56,700 nucleotides of DNA from IMG/VR virus record IMGVR_UViG_3300017917_004074; one strand, written 5' to 3'. The notes under the pieces were generated by a model. The model had not been told where the DNA came from. It saw nothing but the letters and a program-made list of their open reading frames with translations, and did no database searches. Origin of the DNA: an uncultured virus (IMG/VR IMGVR_UViG_3300017917_004074) (taxonomy: Duplodnaviria; Heunggongvirae; Uroviricota; Caudoviricetes). A program made the translations under genes and the position numbers. This document shows, in pieces, positions 12,401 through 25,397 of this stretch (positions are counted from its first letter, which is position 1; each line of letters begins with the position of its first letter).

Positions 12401-15400
12401 CTTTGCATATCTAAAGAAGAGGCAAAACCAAGTTTATTTACATATATGCCAAGGCCATCTTCTGCAGCGAAAGCTGCGTACTGTTGGCGATTAAAAGACT
12501 TGTTAAATGCTTCTTCAATTTGAAATTTAATTTCATTGTCAATTGAATCTGATTGTAGTATTTTTCCAGCGATTCTGTAAGCTACATCATTTTCGCTAAC
12601 TGATGCAGCGTTTTTCAAACCTGCTCTTGTAGTTTCAAAAATTTGGTCGGATGTTTTTTTGCCAAATCCTCTTCCAAGAGAAGTTCTTACACTTTTATTC
12701 GATTCTAAAATATCTCTAACTGTTCTAAGTACCGGGTCATTGACATCGGCATCGAGTGACATTTTTGTTTCGAACATTCTTATAAATCCGCTTTGTCTGT
12801 ACTGCATTCCAAACTTAGGGTCTACTGCTGCTAATTTTTCAGCTATTTCAGGAGTTAGTTGTCTTGCTGTGCCAAACCTACCAGTAGCAGCTAATCGAAC
12901 TACTTCTTCGTTTATTTCTGGAAGATTAATAAATCTAAAATCGTCTTCTAAAATATCACTAGCTCCTGGAAGATGTTTTAGTATATTTTGTATAGAAATA
13001 TTTCTTGAGCTTTGAGAAAATTGCAGTCCCATGGTAGAACCGCTAGCATCCCTGTTTCCAACGTCAAGTATTCTGAAAATTGCTTTTTCTACTTTTTCAA
13101 AAAACTGAGGATTGTTTGTATCCATTCCCTCTATGTATTGTTTAGCTGCTGATTTGTTTCTTGATAATAAAGAAACATATTTAATAATTTTTTCTTCTTC
13201 ATTTAATGAATTAAGTTCCAAAGCTGTTGCTCCAGCTTTAATACTGGGTATTCTATTGAATCTTTGTTCACTAATTGAATCCGAAACAGCTCCGGCTAAT
13301 AATTGAAATCTTTCAGCGAATTGGTTTTCTGAACCAAGCATTCTTATTAATGTATCTTCATCTAAGTGAGGAAACATCAGAGCAAATTCCTGAGGACCAG
13401 TTGGTTGACGCCAAACAAAAGAAGCCAATCTTCTATTTCCGTTTGTATCCCTAAGGAAAGATAAATCTGATATTACTTTATCGTCTAAGTCAAATCCACC
13501 AAATGCTTCGTAGCCGGCATCTGAAACACTTCCGCTAACTATAAATTTATGTCCTTGCATTCTATATTTCATTAACTCCATTTCGGTGGCCGTGCCATCT
13601 TGCATCGCGACTCTTATAGATTCTCTATCTTTCAATTCCCCACCCAAAAGGACCCTTCCTGTAGCGTTTGCCACGCGTTCTTCTGTATCAATTGCGTTTC
13701 TTTGAGAAAACGGAAGTATTGGAAGAAATAAGTTTGTATTTCTAATTTGACCAGTTTCAGAAACTGATCTATAAACTCTGTCAAACTTAAAAAAGTCTTG
13801 CGTTAAAAATCTTTCAGCTTGCTTAGCTAAACCTCTAATATGAGCTACATTTGTAAGCCCCTGTTCTCCGACGAAGTATGTTAGCTTGCAGTTCTATTGC
13901 TTCTTGTCTAAACTTTACAGCGCTACTTCTACTACTAAACCTAAGACTTTCCCAATTTTCTACATCTATGTTTGTTCCTCTTTGAACCTTATCTCTTAGT
14001 CGAGAAGATATTTTTCCTCTTCTGAATTCTTCTATATCTTGCTGTATCTGCTTAGCATTTTTTGATATTTCACCACGGATTACATCGTTGCCTGGACCAT
14101 ACATTTGCTTATGGAATATAAGACCCTGTATATCTGCATTTATCATTTCATTTCCATGGCCAGTAGACAATTGCATAGTTATTGTGCTAATTGGATTTCT
14201 GCCAGGTATTCTTTTACCAGCCGCAAGTGAAACTTCGCTTTTAAGTAGTTCTTCTGAGCCAACTCCTATGTATCCTAATCTTTGTAATTCGTAAACATTA
14301 TTACCTTTTTCTGCGGCTAAAACATCAGATACCATCTTAACTTGACCGACTACCTATAAAAATTCTTCCGGTTTGGTCATCAAGCTGTCTCACTTGAAAA
14401 GCAGCTTTTTGATATTTACCATCGATCATTTCTATTGGATTACCTTGAGCAATTCTGCTAAAGTCACTTTCCCACGTCGCAATGTTTTGTTTAAGATTTG
14501 ACATTCTTGTTTGCATTTCTGTTGTTATAGGACCGGACGAGGATTGCAAAGAATCTAAATTATTTCTTGCTTGTAAAATATTATCCTGCAGTTGCATTGC
14601 CCTATGTCTAAAGACTATGTCGTTCATAAACATAGAACCATCTTGTGTTTTTTTCAAAGCTTCAGTAAAACCATACTGTATTTGGCTTATTCTACTGGCG
14701 CTCATCCCACGAGCTTCAGCTGTGGCTTTAATGTGCTTTGCGATATTTCCAGAAGTTATTTCTGAAATTATTTTTGCTGCCTTTTGTGGATCAGACTCAG
14801 CTTGAGCTGCTGCTATTTTTTGAGTTACAAAACCAGAATCACCGCTAATAGCTTCTTGGAGAAAATTCATAACGCTTCCTACTTCATCATCTGCAACCCC
14901 TTTAGCTCTCAGTGTATTCCTAAAAAACTGTTGGCCGACATTAAGACCCTCTTCGTTTACTGTATCGTATCCTCTAGTGGCTATCTTGATACCCTGCCTT
15001 CTTCTTGAGGCTGATTGAAATGCTTTTTGTCCTCCCAAGTTTTTTTGACTAGAAATGTACGCTGCACCAAATTGATCTTGTGCTCCAAATGTTTGAAGTA
15101 TAGATTCTAGATTAGTATCATATATCAAAAATGCGTCATCAAGAGTTTGGATTTGATCTACAAATTGATTTTGTAAATTTCCTTCTGTTTTAAGATAACT
15201 CAATAAGCTAGATATACCCTCTTCTCCCTCTACGAGGTTTCTGGCTGACGTTGTTGCCTTAATTCTTTTTGAAACTTTTGCAAATGTTGATCCAATTTCT
15301 CCAAGAATATCATCAGAATCTTTACCAAGAACGGACCTTAATTTGCCCTCGTCAAGAACTTGCGAACCAGTTCTAACCAATAATCTAGTTATCTGATCTG

Positions 15401-16043
15401 TTGTTAGATATTTATCCCCAACCCTAAATCTAAGTAAAACAGACGCATCTTTTTGAATATTTAAAAGACCAGGAAGAACCGCTTCTCCCGTTGAAACAGC
15501 TGCAGCGTTCGCTGTTGGATCTAAGAACTGACCTCTCCCTATCATTGATTGCGCTATGTTGTCAACAGCGGACTGAAGAGGCCTATCACCGCCAATGTCT
15601 TTTGCTTTTTCGAAACCAATTCTTTCAATAACCAATCTTTGATCAACAACCCCCTCTAATCCCACTGCTTTTCGCACTGCTTCCGCGTAACTCTGATCAG
15701 CTGCCCCGCTACTTAAAACGCTTTCATTAACTGCTTTTACTAAATCAGATAATCTTCCATATTGGCTTTTGTCTACTGCTTCTCCAGTTACTAATTGGGA
15801 CAAACCAACTGGAGATATTTCATCATATTCAGAAACTGAAAGTTTTGCTGCGTCCGCTAAAACAGATTCTATTGAACTTGTTTGACTAGAATATACTTTA
15901 CCAGTGATTATATTTTGTACTGCTAGTTTTCCATCTGCGTCTACAAGAAAACGTAAGGTACCCTTTGCGTAGGCTTCTGTAGCTTGAAAGCCTTTTTCCG
16001 AAAAGTCTACACCTATTTTTGAAAAGTCATTAACAGAAACCAT
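9430..16043 (-). CDS. Giant virion protein (~2202 aa), possibly tape-measure/ejected protein with RNAP-like motifs; reconstructed across five +1 shifts at CGG (14348, 13870, 11796, 11693, 11482)
   Basis: ORFs 14337..16043, 13835..14335, 11734..13674, a short bridge, 11471..11683 and 9430..11487 fuse into one stop-free frame when the C of each in-frame CGG is skipped. Has a C-terminal hydrophobic segment (IIAGAAAATGIAIFAM). Confidence 0.6.
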
Positions 16044-16055
16044 AGGTATTTAAAA

Positions 16056-19000
16056 TCACCTTACTCCGGCCATTACATTAATTTGACCAGGATTTGTATT
16101 ATTAGTAACTGGAGTAATGTTTCCATCTATACCCATATCAAACATTAACCTTTGAAGCTGGGATCTAACATCTTTTTCTGACATATTAGAAGCGCCGAAA
16201 CCTGGATAACTTGGGTTAACTAAATTAGCTTCCCTAATTTGTTGTGGGAAGAAACCCATTTGCGACATTTCAATACCCATCGCCTGTCCCATCTTTATTT
16301 TAACATGTTCCATGTTTGTGTTAGGATGCCAACCTTCCCAGTTGGCGTTGGGTAGCTCATGTCTTGTAAAGTACTGAACTAGATCTGGCCTTCTTTCTAC
16401 TGGCATTCCCCAAGCGGCTTCGTATATTCTTCTTTCCAATCTTGGAGCTGTTGATAATATTCTTCCCCTCTCGGATTCCGGAGCTTCAATCATCGCCTTA
16501 AAGTAATCTCTTTTTCTCTTTGGTATAGATAGCGCTAATTGATCTATTGATTTTGAATCTAAATCAGCTCCATACATTGTTCTTCTTGAAAGAGCCATGT
16601 ATTGCTTTGCGGCTTCTACGTCACCTATTTTTTCTGCTCTAGCTGCAGCTGTTCTATTTTTTACATAGCTTAATACATCTGTGTATTCTTCCAGTGCAAG
16701 CTGCTTTTTTCTTTCCTGGGGAATATATCTTTCTTCTTTGGATCTCTGTATTGCCGAAAAACCACCAACTGTTAACGCACCAAAAGAACCTAAAATAAAC
16801 TGTGCTCTTGGGCCCTTACCAAAAAGACCAAGACCTATTGCACCTACACCAGCAGCAAGTAATGGATTTCTTTGCGTGCCCTTGTTATATATTGGCTGTA
16901 TAAAGCTTTCGATTGGCCTTTGCCACTCTGGGAACGTAGAACCATATACATGTCTTCTTTCATAGTCTTCAGTCGCTGTTCTTTTGCCAAAAAACTTATT
17001 GTTTACGAAGTTATCCGTATGCTGCAAGTAGTCCTTTGTTGTCTCCAAGGGATTTAATGCTTTTTGGAAAATGCTTCTAGGTTCTTTATAAGGATCAAAG
17101 TTTGTTCTACTTTGTTCTATCGCATTAATCTGCGATCTAATTTGACCTACTTTTTTTCTTTCTTCTTCTGAAAGACCAATTTTATTTATTCTAGAATCTA
17201 AAGCTCTAAATTCTTTTGAGTAGGGTGCAACATCGGCTAAAATATCTAGCTGATTTACTGCTCCATATCTTCCAGATTGATCTGAGTATAATTTATTAAA
17301 TCTTTCATAACCAACACCAGGAAGTCTCAGTTCACCTTCTTTTACTTTTGTAAAAGGATCACCAGTAGTAAAATCAATAAAATTATCTCTACCTGGCAAG
17401 AACTGATATTGTATTCCCATAGTATTTCTAATGGGATTTACATAATCTACATTTGTTCTTTCTTTTGGTATAAATCTTCTAACAACTTCAGATATTTCTA
17501 TATTACCCAAAGCTCCTTCAGCTTGAAGCGGAAGGTCACCAAGACCACCCAAATTAAGATCCCAAAAAGCCCTTGTGGTTCCATAAGCTTTAGATGCCGA
17601 TTGAAGTACAGCTCTATTCGGCTCAAAATCAAAAGAACCAAATCCTAGTGATTCTCTAATGTTTCCACCAGCAAAACCGTATATACCGAAAGTTTCCTGT
17701 AGTCTATAGCCTAATTCGCCACCAATAACTTCTCTATTTGTAGTTTTAAATGGCATGCCTGACGGCACTATGTCGGCTGGAGCTATATTGGAACCAGTAG
17801 GAACACCGGGGAGAATGGGGTTTATCGATCTTGATATTGAAGGGGGAGCGCTGGCAGATGCCTGTACAAGTGATGTATTATAGTATTCTGACTGCGCTCT
17901 TACTGCTTGCCTGCCCGTTTGCTGAGGTGCGGATGCATTCGCGGCATTTGCGTTATGTAACGCTATCGGAATAGAGGAACCGGCTTCTACTTTGTATACC
18001 TCCAGCTAATGTTGTTGGTATATTTCTAAGTGGTCTAGGCTCTCTACCGTATGCGGGTGCTGCAGCAAATGTTAAATCTGGATAGACTTCTCTAACAGAC
18101 TCATCAGTATTATATGGAGTAAGTGGCGTAGCGTAGTTCGACGCATCAAACGTTGGTAAAAAAGCACCACTTTGTCCAACTTTTTGATACTCGCTCAGTC
18201 CACGAGCAAGTTCTGCCGGATGCATTATTTTTTGTGGTTTAAGTATTCTACCTACAGTTGCATTGAGAACTGGTACTGCCGCTCCAAACGGACCACTAAA
18301 ATACTCTCCAGTTACTGGATAAGGTCTATCTTGATAATGTTTTCTTTCAAACCTATATGGATCAAGTGGTCTTAGGGGAGAAAAGTCATTGTAGTATAAA
18401 AACTTTTCCATTGGGCTTCCATAGGTGTCCGATGTAAACATCGCACCACCCTGAAGCCTTCTATACCACGATGGTCTAAAGTACTCAATTTTTCCACCTT
18501 TAAACGGTGTGTTCCCAAGTGGCCAGAATCTTCCTTTTCTTATTGGAACTTCGCCTTCAAGTAATTGTTTTCTCTTTTCGAAATATCCCATTCCACCAGG
18601 AGTTAAACCGCTAGCAAGAGCTTGCCCTTCTACGCCAATTCTTGCAGCTGTTCCCAATACAAGAGGTGAATATACTCTTTCTCCTCTTTCATCTTTTGGT
18701 TGAGTATATCCGCCAAGTGTTCTATCAACTGTTAATGCGGTTGTTCCTATAGCAACTGCTGGAAGTATTCTTTCTCCAACCATTCCCCTAAAGTAAAGAT
18801 CTAATGGACCATAGAAGTTGCTTTCATTTAATTGAGATCCTACTGTTCCAAAATATCTATTTAATCTTTGAAAACCAATTGACATTGGTACTGAAGCTAA
18901 CGAAAAACCTTCTTCATTACCATATGTGTGTATTCCAGAAGCGCTTAATAATGTAGCTTTTGGATTTCTCTTAAAAGCTGTTGCAAATGTTGGAACGAAT

Positions 19001-22000
19001 GTAAATGGGTTTTCTCCAGTTCTTCCACTAAGAACTGTTGGTATTTGATCTTCTACATATTGACCCATTCCAAAATTTCTCTTGAACATTGGAGCCACTT
19101 TACCCATCGCAGCGCTAATTGGGTTAAGCGAAGATCTACCTGCTGCCTCTGTTGTCCCCTGGATAAGGGGATCTAACAACGTTGGATTCTGACTTAAAAT
19201 AGCTTTTGTTTCTTTAAATCTATTTAAAGTATTTATTACACTACCCGCTGCGTTTGATCCCTGTTCGTATTGGAATGTTTTAAACGCAGTTAAGTTTAAG
19301 AGCGTGGACAGAGTTGCAGCTTGTGCTTCTGCTTTTTGAGATGAATTAATAACTCCGCTTTGCCGCTAAATCATCAATGGCCGACGTAATATTTGTTATT
19401 AATTGAGCTGGGTCTGCACCAGGGGCTAAACCTTTTCTGAGAGTAAGGTATCGTATTACCTCGAACCCCATTTCATCACCTCTAGTTACTATGGAGCCAG
19501 ATGACTCCAACATTCTAGATTGTGCGGAAAAGTCTGTTATATCACCGAACTTCTTTAATCTACTAAAAGCTTTTGCTATTGCTTGATAGTTTGAAAGATT
19601 TTGATCAATATCTATAGAGGAATTTATTGCAGTTAAATCGCTTTTAAAGAAATCTATAATTTTGTTTGCTGTGGCAGATGTTTTTGGCGAAAGCAGATCA
19701 TCTAGACCAACTCCAGAAAGCACTCCTTCCGCATCGCCTATTCTGCTAAGCTTAAGCTCTCTTGACGCGGCAGAGAAAGATGCTAATTCACCCGTTCCTA
19801 GTATTGCTTCTGAAACTCTTCTAGGATTTCCATAACCCAACATCGAATTTCCTAGTCGGGTAAATGCCTCCATCAACTCTCCATGAGAGGCCACCAAACT
19901 GTCATCAGCTGCGTTTCTTAATTGATACTCAAGTGTTTCGCCGGAGGAATCTGTTATATTTCTTAAAACTAAATTTCTTTTTCTACCAAAACCACCAATT
20001 GTAAATTCTTGATCAAATTCATCCCTAAGTATTCTTCCTAAAACAGCTGGATTATTTACATCAGATTGTCTGTCTAAAAGTCTGCCAAAAAATCTAAATA
20101 GAGAATTTGGTTGCTCTTCTGCGTAATCTAATTTTTGTTTTACTTTTCCTAAAAAGCCACCTTCATCAGATGAAGTTCTTGGCGTTCTTTGTTCAGATGC
20201 TAACTCTGCCGTTCTCGTGAACATGCCAGCGCTGCGCGTAGCTAATGGTCGATAATATCCAGCTATTTCTTTTGCTAAAGTATTTTCTTTTCCAACCTCC
20301 ATCCTTCCCGATTGATAAGCTACTAACTTACCCTTTGTGCCAAGAAGGCCCCCAGTGCTATGCCATGTATACATGTCTGCTGCCAGACCAAGTTCATCTG
20401 CTTTTGGAACAAATGGATGAATACCGCTTGCTGAAGATACTCTAAACATTCCAGCTTCTGACATTGACTGGAAGTCTTTAAACCCAAGCATCTGCATTGG
20501 GTTAATGTTGATGATTGGAACGCGTATGTCATTAGCTAAAAATTTTGAAACAGCTCTAACACCAGCTTGTATTGGATTAACATTTAAAAGTACTGAACTT
20601 CCTTGATCTCCAATTTTAAAGAAACCCCTTAAGTTACTTTGTGCCTGACCTTGTTGTCCACTAGTAAGCCTTATGTCTCCAATAATTTGTCTAATTGGAT
20701 TTGTCGACAACATACTTGACTTTGGAGTTTGAAAGGCAATATTTCCAGTAAAGACCTGATAGGGAGATGGCCCTATAACCTGCCCAGTTACATCATCCAC
20801 CATATTCCCAGCTAATGGACTGGTCGTTCCAGTTTGTGTTCTTAAAATTTTGTTAGAAATTAACCTATCTTGATCTGCCAAAAATTCATCAAGTGTATAA
20901 GAGGAAACTCCAAAGAAACTACCTATGCTTCCAAATTTTGATGCCTGTATGACTTTATTATTTAAAAGATATCCCTGCATTTGCTCATGAGAGTCAAACC
21001 CTCTTGCTGAAAGTCTCGCAGTTAAATTTGGTGCATTTTCGTCTATACCTATAGTTCTTGCAGTTAGCTGTTGTAGTTTTAACAACGCATCGCTTTTTAC
21101 TGTTGCAGTTTTTGGTAGATTCGTGTTATAGAGAACGCTAAAGCTATCTTCTTTTGGTTTAGTTCCCCTAAGAGCAGTTTGGGCGGCAAACTTTTTAAAC
21201 TTTTCATAAATTACATTGGCAGTTGAATCTATATCTATATTTCCATAAAGAAGAGAAATATCTTTAGCACCGGGTTCAAAAGCCGCTTTATATAAATTGT
21301 CAACTTCGCTAAGCGCAGTTTCAAGTTCTTCTGGTTTTAGGGTTATTGGATTTATCTTCCCAACTTTACCCTTATTGTATCTATCTATAACGGTAGCAAA
21401 AAAATCTGTTTCTGGGGCGCTGCCACCTATTGTTATCCTATTTTCTGGAGCAATAAATTCTGGATCTGTTTTTCCCTTTACAGCTTTCCATGGATATTCA
21501 TCAAAATAAAGTTGATCTGCAAATTTTTCTGCGGATGTTTGATCTACTCCATCAATTTGTGAAAGCCTATTAACTAGCTGTTTTCTGTACTGTGCATCAA
21601 AAACTTCTCTCTTAAATGATCTAGATAGATACCCATTTCTTGCTGCGTAGTCAAGCCCAGTTACAGACGCCCTATTTCCGCCCCTGCGAATACCTACTTG
21701 GTTTTCAAAATCTTGAGCGAGTCTTATTAATGGAGAAGTTCTTTTTCTTAAAATATTTTCTATTGATTCAACAAGTATTGGGTTAACATCTTTATCGGCA
21801 GGAGCAGGACCTAGCTTATTTGCTTTTGCAATAATTTTTTGCGCTGCTTGTAATGTATCTCCGCTTTTATCAAGATAAATTTGAGCTGCACTTAGATTTT
21901 TATACTGCTTGTAACCCTGAGTTAATCCCTGTCTTATTGACTTATAGCCTGGTATCAAATCTAGGAGACTGTCTATTTTTGTACTGTCTGCTAATCCACT

Positions 22001-23089
22001 ATTTAGCGCTTGTTTATTTCCCCTATAAATATCAGAAGCTATATTTTTAATTTTTGTAGAAACAGGTTGACTTGGATTAGCTCCATGGCGCGCTGCGTAC
22101 AAGTCGCCAACTGGGTTTTTGTTAACTCCAGATAATGTAGAAAATGCTACAGATAAAGCGCCTGAAGATCTTTCGGAAAATTTAATTGATTTATCTAAAA
22201 CATTAAAAATATCTTGTCCGACTTCAGAAAGTGATCCTCTTAGAAAATTTGTATTTTCATAAAGTTTTTTCTGAACTGGAGTTAACTGCTTATATCCAGC
22301 ATACATTGAGTCCCATCTTTGTTCTGCTGTTCTAAAAAAGTTTAACGAACTTTCTTTAGAGGCTCCGGCCATTGCAGCCGGAAGAACAAATCCGCCCAAT
22401 TGGAATGCGGTAGTCTTAGCTAAATCTTTTCCTATATCAGTTATTCTGCTTGGGTCATACCACTTTTTTCTTGGGCCATCTGGTTCTTCTCTGCCAAATA
22501 GCTTTCTTCCGACAGTCTTATCAACTGCATAAAATGCTGGCACTTCATAGGGTAGCCTTCTTGCCTGTCTAACTAAAGACTGCTGAAGCTGGTCTCTCCA
22601 AGCCCATCCTTCTGCACCTTTTACTCCCTTTCTTGCAAAGGAGTATCCTGTATCAAGGATGCTTTTTATACCCTCATAACCAGTGGTTAGGGTATCTTTT
22701 CCAGCTTCTTTGTATACTAAAGAAGTTGTACCTTCGGCTAATCGAGTTACGCCTTCTAGCTCGTCAAGAATACTGCGTACTTTAAGAAGCCCCTGATGAG
22801 ACCTGGTCAATACATTTTGGGTACCAGCTTGCTCTGCTGCACGCGCGGCTTGTGTTAGCTTATAGCCAAGCTTTAAGCCCTGACCCTTAACAACCTTGCC
22901 AGCAACTGTTGCTGCAATGCCTGTCGCAATCATGGCCGTAGCCATTTTGGTGATTGGATTGCCCTCAAGTGCTCTGGCAATAAAGCCAGAATTAGCAGCA
23001 GGGCCTACGTCTTCATTTCTTTGCTCTGCGAAGTCTCTTGAGGTAACACCAAAGCCAATGTTATGTATCGGCTGGTTGTCTCTTCTCAT
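16056..23089 (-). CDS. Giant tape-measure-like virion protein (~2343 aa), reconstructed across two +1 shifts at CGG (19357, 17982)
   Basis: ORFs 19346..23089, 17953..19179 and 16056..17768 fuse with open bridging frames. Lies directly after the tail chaperone pair (canonical tape-measure position), with Ala/Gly-rich hydrophobic segments and GAGG-type RBS upstream of 23089. Confidence 0.6.
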
Positions 23090-23100
23090 GGTCTACCTCT

Positions 23101-23734
23101 TTACTGTCTCATTCCCCACAATTTCTGAGCAATAGGATCGTTATATCCAGCTGCGCCTTCACTCTTGGAGGCGTCATGTCTTGCTGCGGAAACTTTTTCT
23201 TTATTTGATTCTTCCTCTGGATCTATTATTTGAAGAGTTACATTTGTCGGTTCTATTGCCCTCATTGCCTGCTGGACCTCTATTATTTTTTCAGCTAATG
23301 CGACTCTGGAAGCCAGCTGAGAATACGTTAAAGAGTCCAAGAATTCTGGAGTATCACTAGATATAGTAGCTAAAACAAACGCTTTCATTAAGCCTCTTAC
23401 TTGAGAAGCTTGCTTTCTTTTTTCGTCTAGAATCTGTTTTGTTCTTTTAGGAGATGAAAAGCCAGAAAATTCTATTATTTGGTCAGCCAAAGAACTGACG
23501 GCTCCAGGAGATATTGAATTAATATCAAAATCATTAGGATATACTACTGCATATTTTACTATTTCTTCTTCAGCGTCTGCAGAAGAAAATACGCCATTAT
23601 CTTTAAGGGCGCCAATTTTATCAAATTCGGAAAAAGTTAACTCTTTAAATACAATAGTTTTTCCGCTTTAGCTGAACGCTAAATACAATGGAATACTTTT
23701 GCTTAAGCTCCTTAAGAATTGACTCTTCCAGCAT
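23101..23734 (-). CDS. Tail assembly chaperone paralogue 2 (~210 aa; +1 shift at CGG, 23665)
   Basis: ATG at 23734 directly follows the upstream stop. The reconstructed protein (LKQKYSIVF...KGKTIVFKELT...AVVYP...SLADQIIEFSGF) aligns by eye with the upstream paralogue (WKKQYGEVY...HIVWRVLS...CILYP...LISQEVLEASGF). Confidence 0.6.
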
Positions 23735-23735
23735 T

Positions 23736-24302
23736 TTATAGCTGACGAACCTCTAGCGCTACGAATCCAGATGCCTCTAGAACTTCTTGCGAAATCAAAG
23801 AAGGAAGACCGGCCATGTCGGAGGTAAGCGCTGCTTTATTGTAAGCTGGATACAGGATGCACAGTTCTGCGATGGCTTCTTCGTTCCACATATTTGCCTC
23901 AGCCGTACTTATTTGGCCTGCTTGCATCAGTGATTCCATTTTCTTTACAAGTTGCTTATATTCTATTCTAGAAAGGACTCTCCAGACTATATGCTTATCA
24001 AAGGATATCGAAGTTATATACACTTCTCCATACTGCTTTTTCCACTGCTTAACCTGACCTGCAGTTGGTCCATTTTCAAAAATTGCTACGTCATCAGCCA
24101 AATCTTCTACAGTTGTTGCCTGAGAAGGATCAGATAACTTCTCGCCTTCAGCTGGTGTCGGTTCTGGATCTTCATAATTGGTTACCATAAGATCCGAATC
24201 CTGCTCTTCGTTTGTTTCCATGATGAGATCAACGGTATCTGCTTCTAAATCTTTTGCTAGATTTTGGTCTCTTCTCACTACAATTTTTTTAACATCTGAC
24301 AT
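23736..24302 (-). CDS. Tail assembly chaperone paralogue 1 (188 aa)
   Basis: Position between tube genes and tape-measure-like gene; WKKQYGEVY...WRVLSRIEY...CILYP pattern typical of myophage chaperones; AAGGAG RBS. Confidence 0.6.
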   Translation of the reverse strand: MSDVKKIVVRRDQNLAKDLEADTVDLIMETNEEQDSDLMVTNYEDPEPTPAEGEKLSDPSQATTVEDLADDVAIFENGPTAGQVKQWKKQYGEVYITSISFDKHIVWRVLSRIEYKQLVKKMESLMQAGQISTAEANMWNEEAIAELCILYPAYNKAALTSDMAGLPSLISQEVLEASGFVALEVRQL

Positions 24303-24342
24303 TTTTATTATCTCCTTGGGGGTTTTGATTTAAATCACATAT

Positions 24343-24351
24343 ATTATAGCA
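24343..24351 (-). promoter_or_regulatory. Extended -10 promoter-like element TGCTATAAT
   Basis: Exact TGnTATAAT upstream of 24302; identical 9-mer at 44342-44350 and 50766-50774. Confidence 0.5.
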
Positions 24352-24359
24352 CAAGTATT

Positions 24360-25388
24360 CTATGACTTATAAGCTATATTGCTATTCCTTGGTGGTTGAA
24401 TTTTAATAGTATTATCATAATATTTTGAATTTTGAGCAACAAATGTCTTATTCCCAGTGTATGGATCGAGATTAGTTCCGGCTTCTGTAAAATAAAAATC
24501 TCTTGCTACAAATGAATATGTTTCTATTAATGGGGCACCACCGCTTTGATATTCTGTTGACATTTGCATTAAATGAACATTTTGTAAAACAATCTTCATT
24601 GCGTTACCTGCTCCAGATAATTTAATCTTTCTTTCATTAATATCTGTTGATATCAATCTATCTAAATTATCTCTTTGATCTACCGATGCTGTTGCCTTAT
24701 TGCTCGAACCGGTTACTGGAGAAAGACTAGCGTCATCAACGCCGTACATTATAACAAAATTGAATGGAGGATGCGCACTAAATATATTATGGTTTCCACC
24801 AGCAGAACCCGCAGTTATTGCCGGATCAGTTGTGATCCTGTCAAGTTGACTATTGGCCCAATATTTTTGTATATTTTCTTCATCTTTACGAGATTCATTT
24901 TGCGATCTCATAACAGAAACAACTCCAGATCCATCTTTTTTACCAGAGATTGTTTGCACTCTTACCTCAGCTGCCTTCTCTAAAAGCTCTGTCATTCTTC
25001 TTGGATATCTGGAATAAATAGAAAACTGCCCTGTAATGATTCTTGTTCCATTCATAATGGTATCAAAGTTATAGGACCAAAAACCATAAACAGCTTGTTT
25101 TTCTTGTTTAATTAAAAATCCAAAACCAGCTATATCGAGCTCATCGCCCTCATCAAATAAACCGTCAATAAAAACTTTTACGTCTTCACCAGAAAAAAAG
25201 TAATCATAATAATTACTAAACCTAGGATCGGCTTTAGAGCTTCCGGCCCAGTACAAATCTAGATCTGCAGTTAATGGATCAAATGTTCCATCTAAGTTTC
25301 TAATTCCCGGCCTGTTAGATACAGTTTCCTCATATGGGATATAACCGCTAAATGGCTTATACGGATTTGGTTTATAAACTCCAGTCAT
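24360..25388 (-). CDS. Tail tube-like paralogue 3 (342 aa)
   Basis: Shares FSGxD...QEKQAVYG...GTRIITG...PPFNFVI...IETYSFVARD pattern with the two upstream tube-like genes. Confidence 0.6.
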   Translation of the reverse strand: MTGVYKPNPYKPFSGYIPYEETVSNRPGIRNLDGTFDPLTADLDLYWAGSSKADPRFSNYYDYFFSGEDVKVFIDGLFDEGDELDIAGFGFLIKQEKQAVYGFWSYNFDTIMNGTRIITGQFSIYSRYPRRMTELLEKAAEVRVQTISGKKDGSGVVSVMRSQNESRKDEENIQKYWANSQLDRITTDPAITAGSAGGNHNIFSAHPPFNFVIMYGVDDASLSPVTGSSNKATASVDQRDNLDRLISTDINERKIKLSGAGNAMKIVLQNVHLMQMSTEYQSGGAPLIETYSFVARDFYFTEAGTNLDPYTGNKTFVAQNSKYYDNTIKIQPPRNSNIAYKS

Positions 25389-25397
25389 ACATTACCT

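Noticed and set aside
512..23089. Treating the giant-gene fragments as separate genes or as decayed pseudogenes
   Set aside because: The fragments join precisely by single-base skips at CGG with stop-free bridges, and no in-frame nonsense codons or other lesion types were seen.
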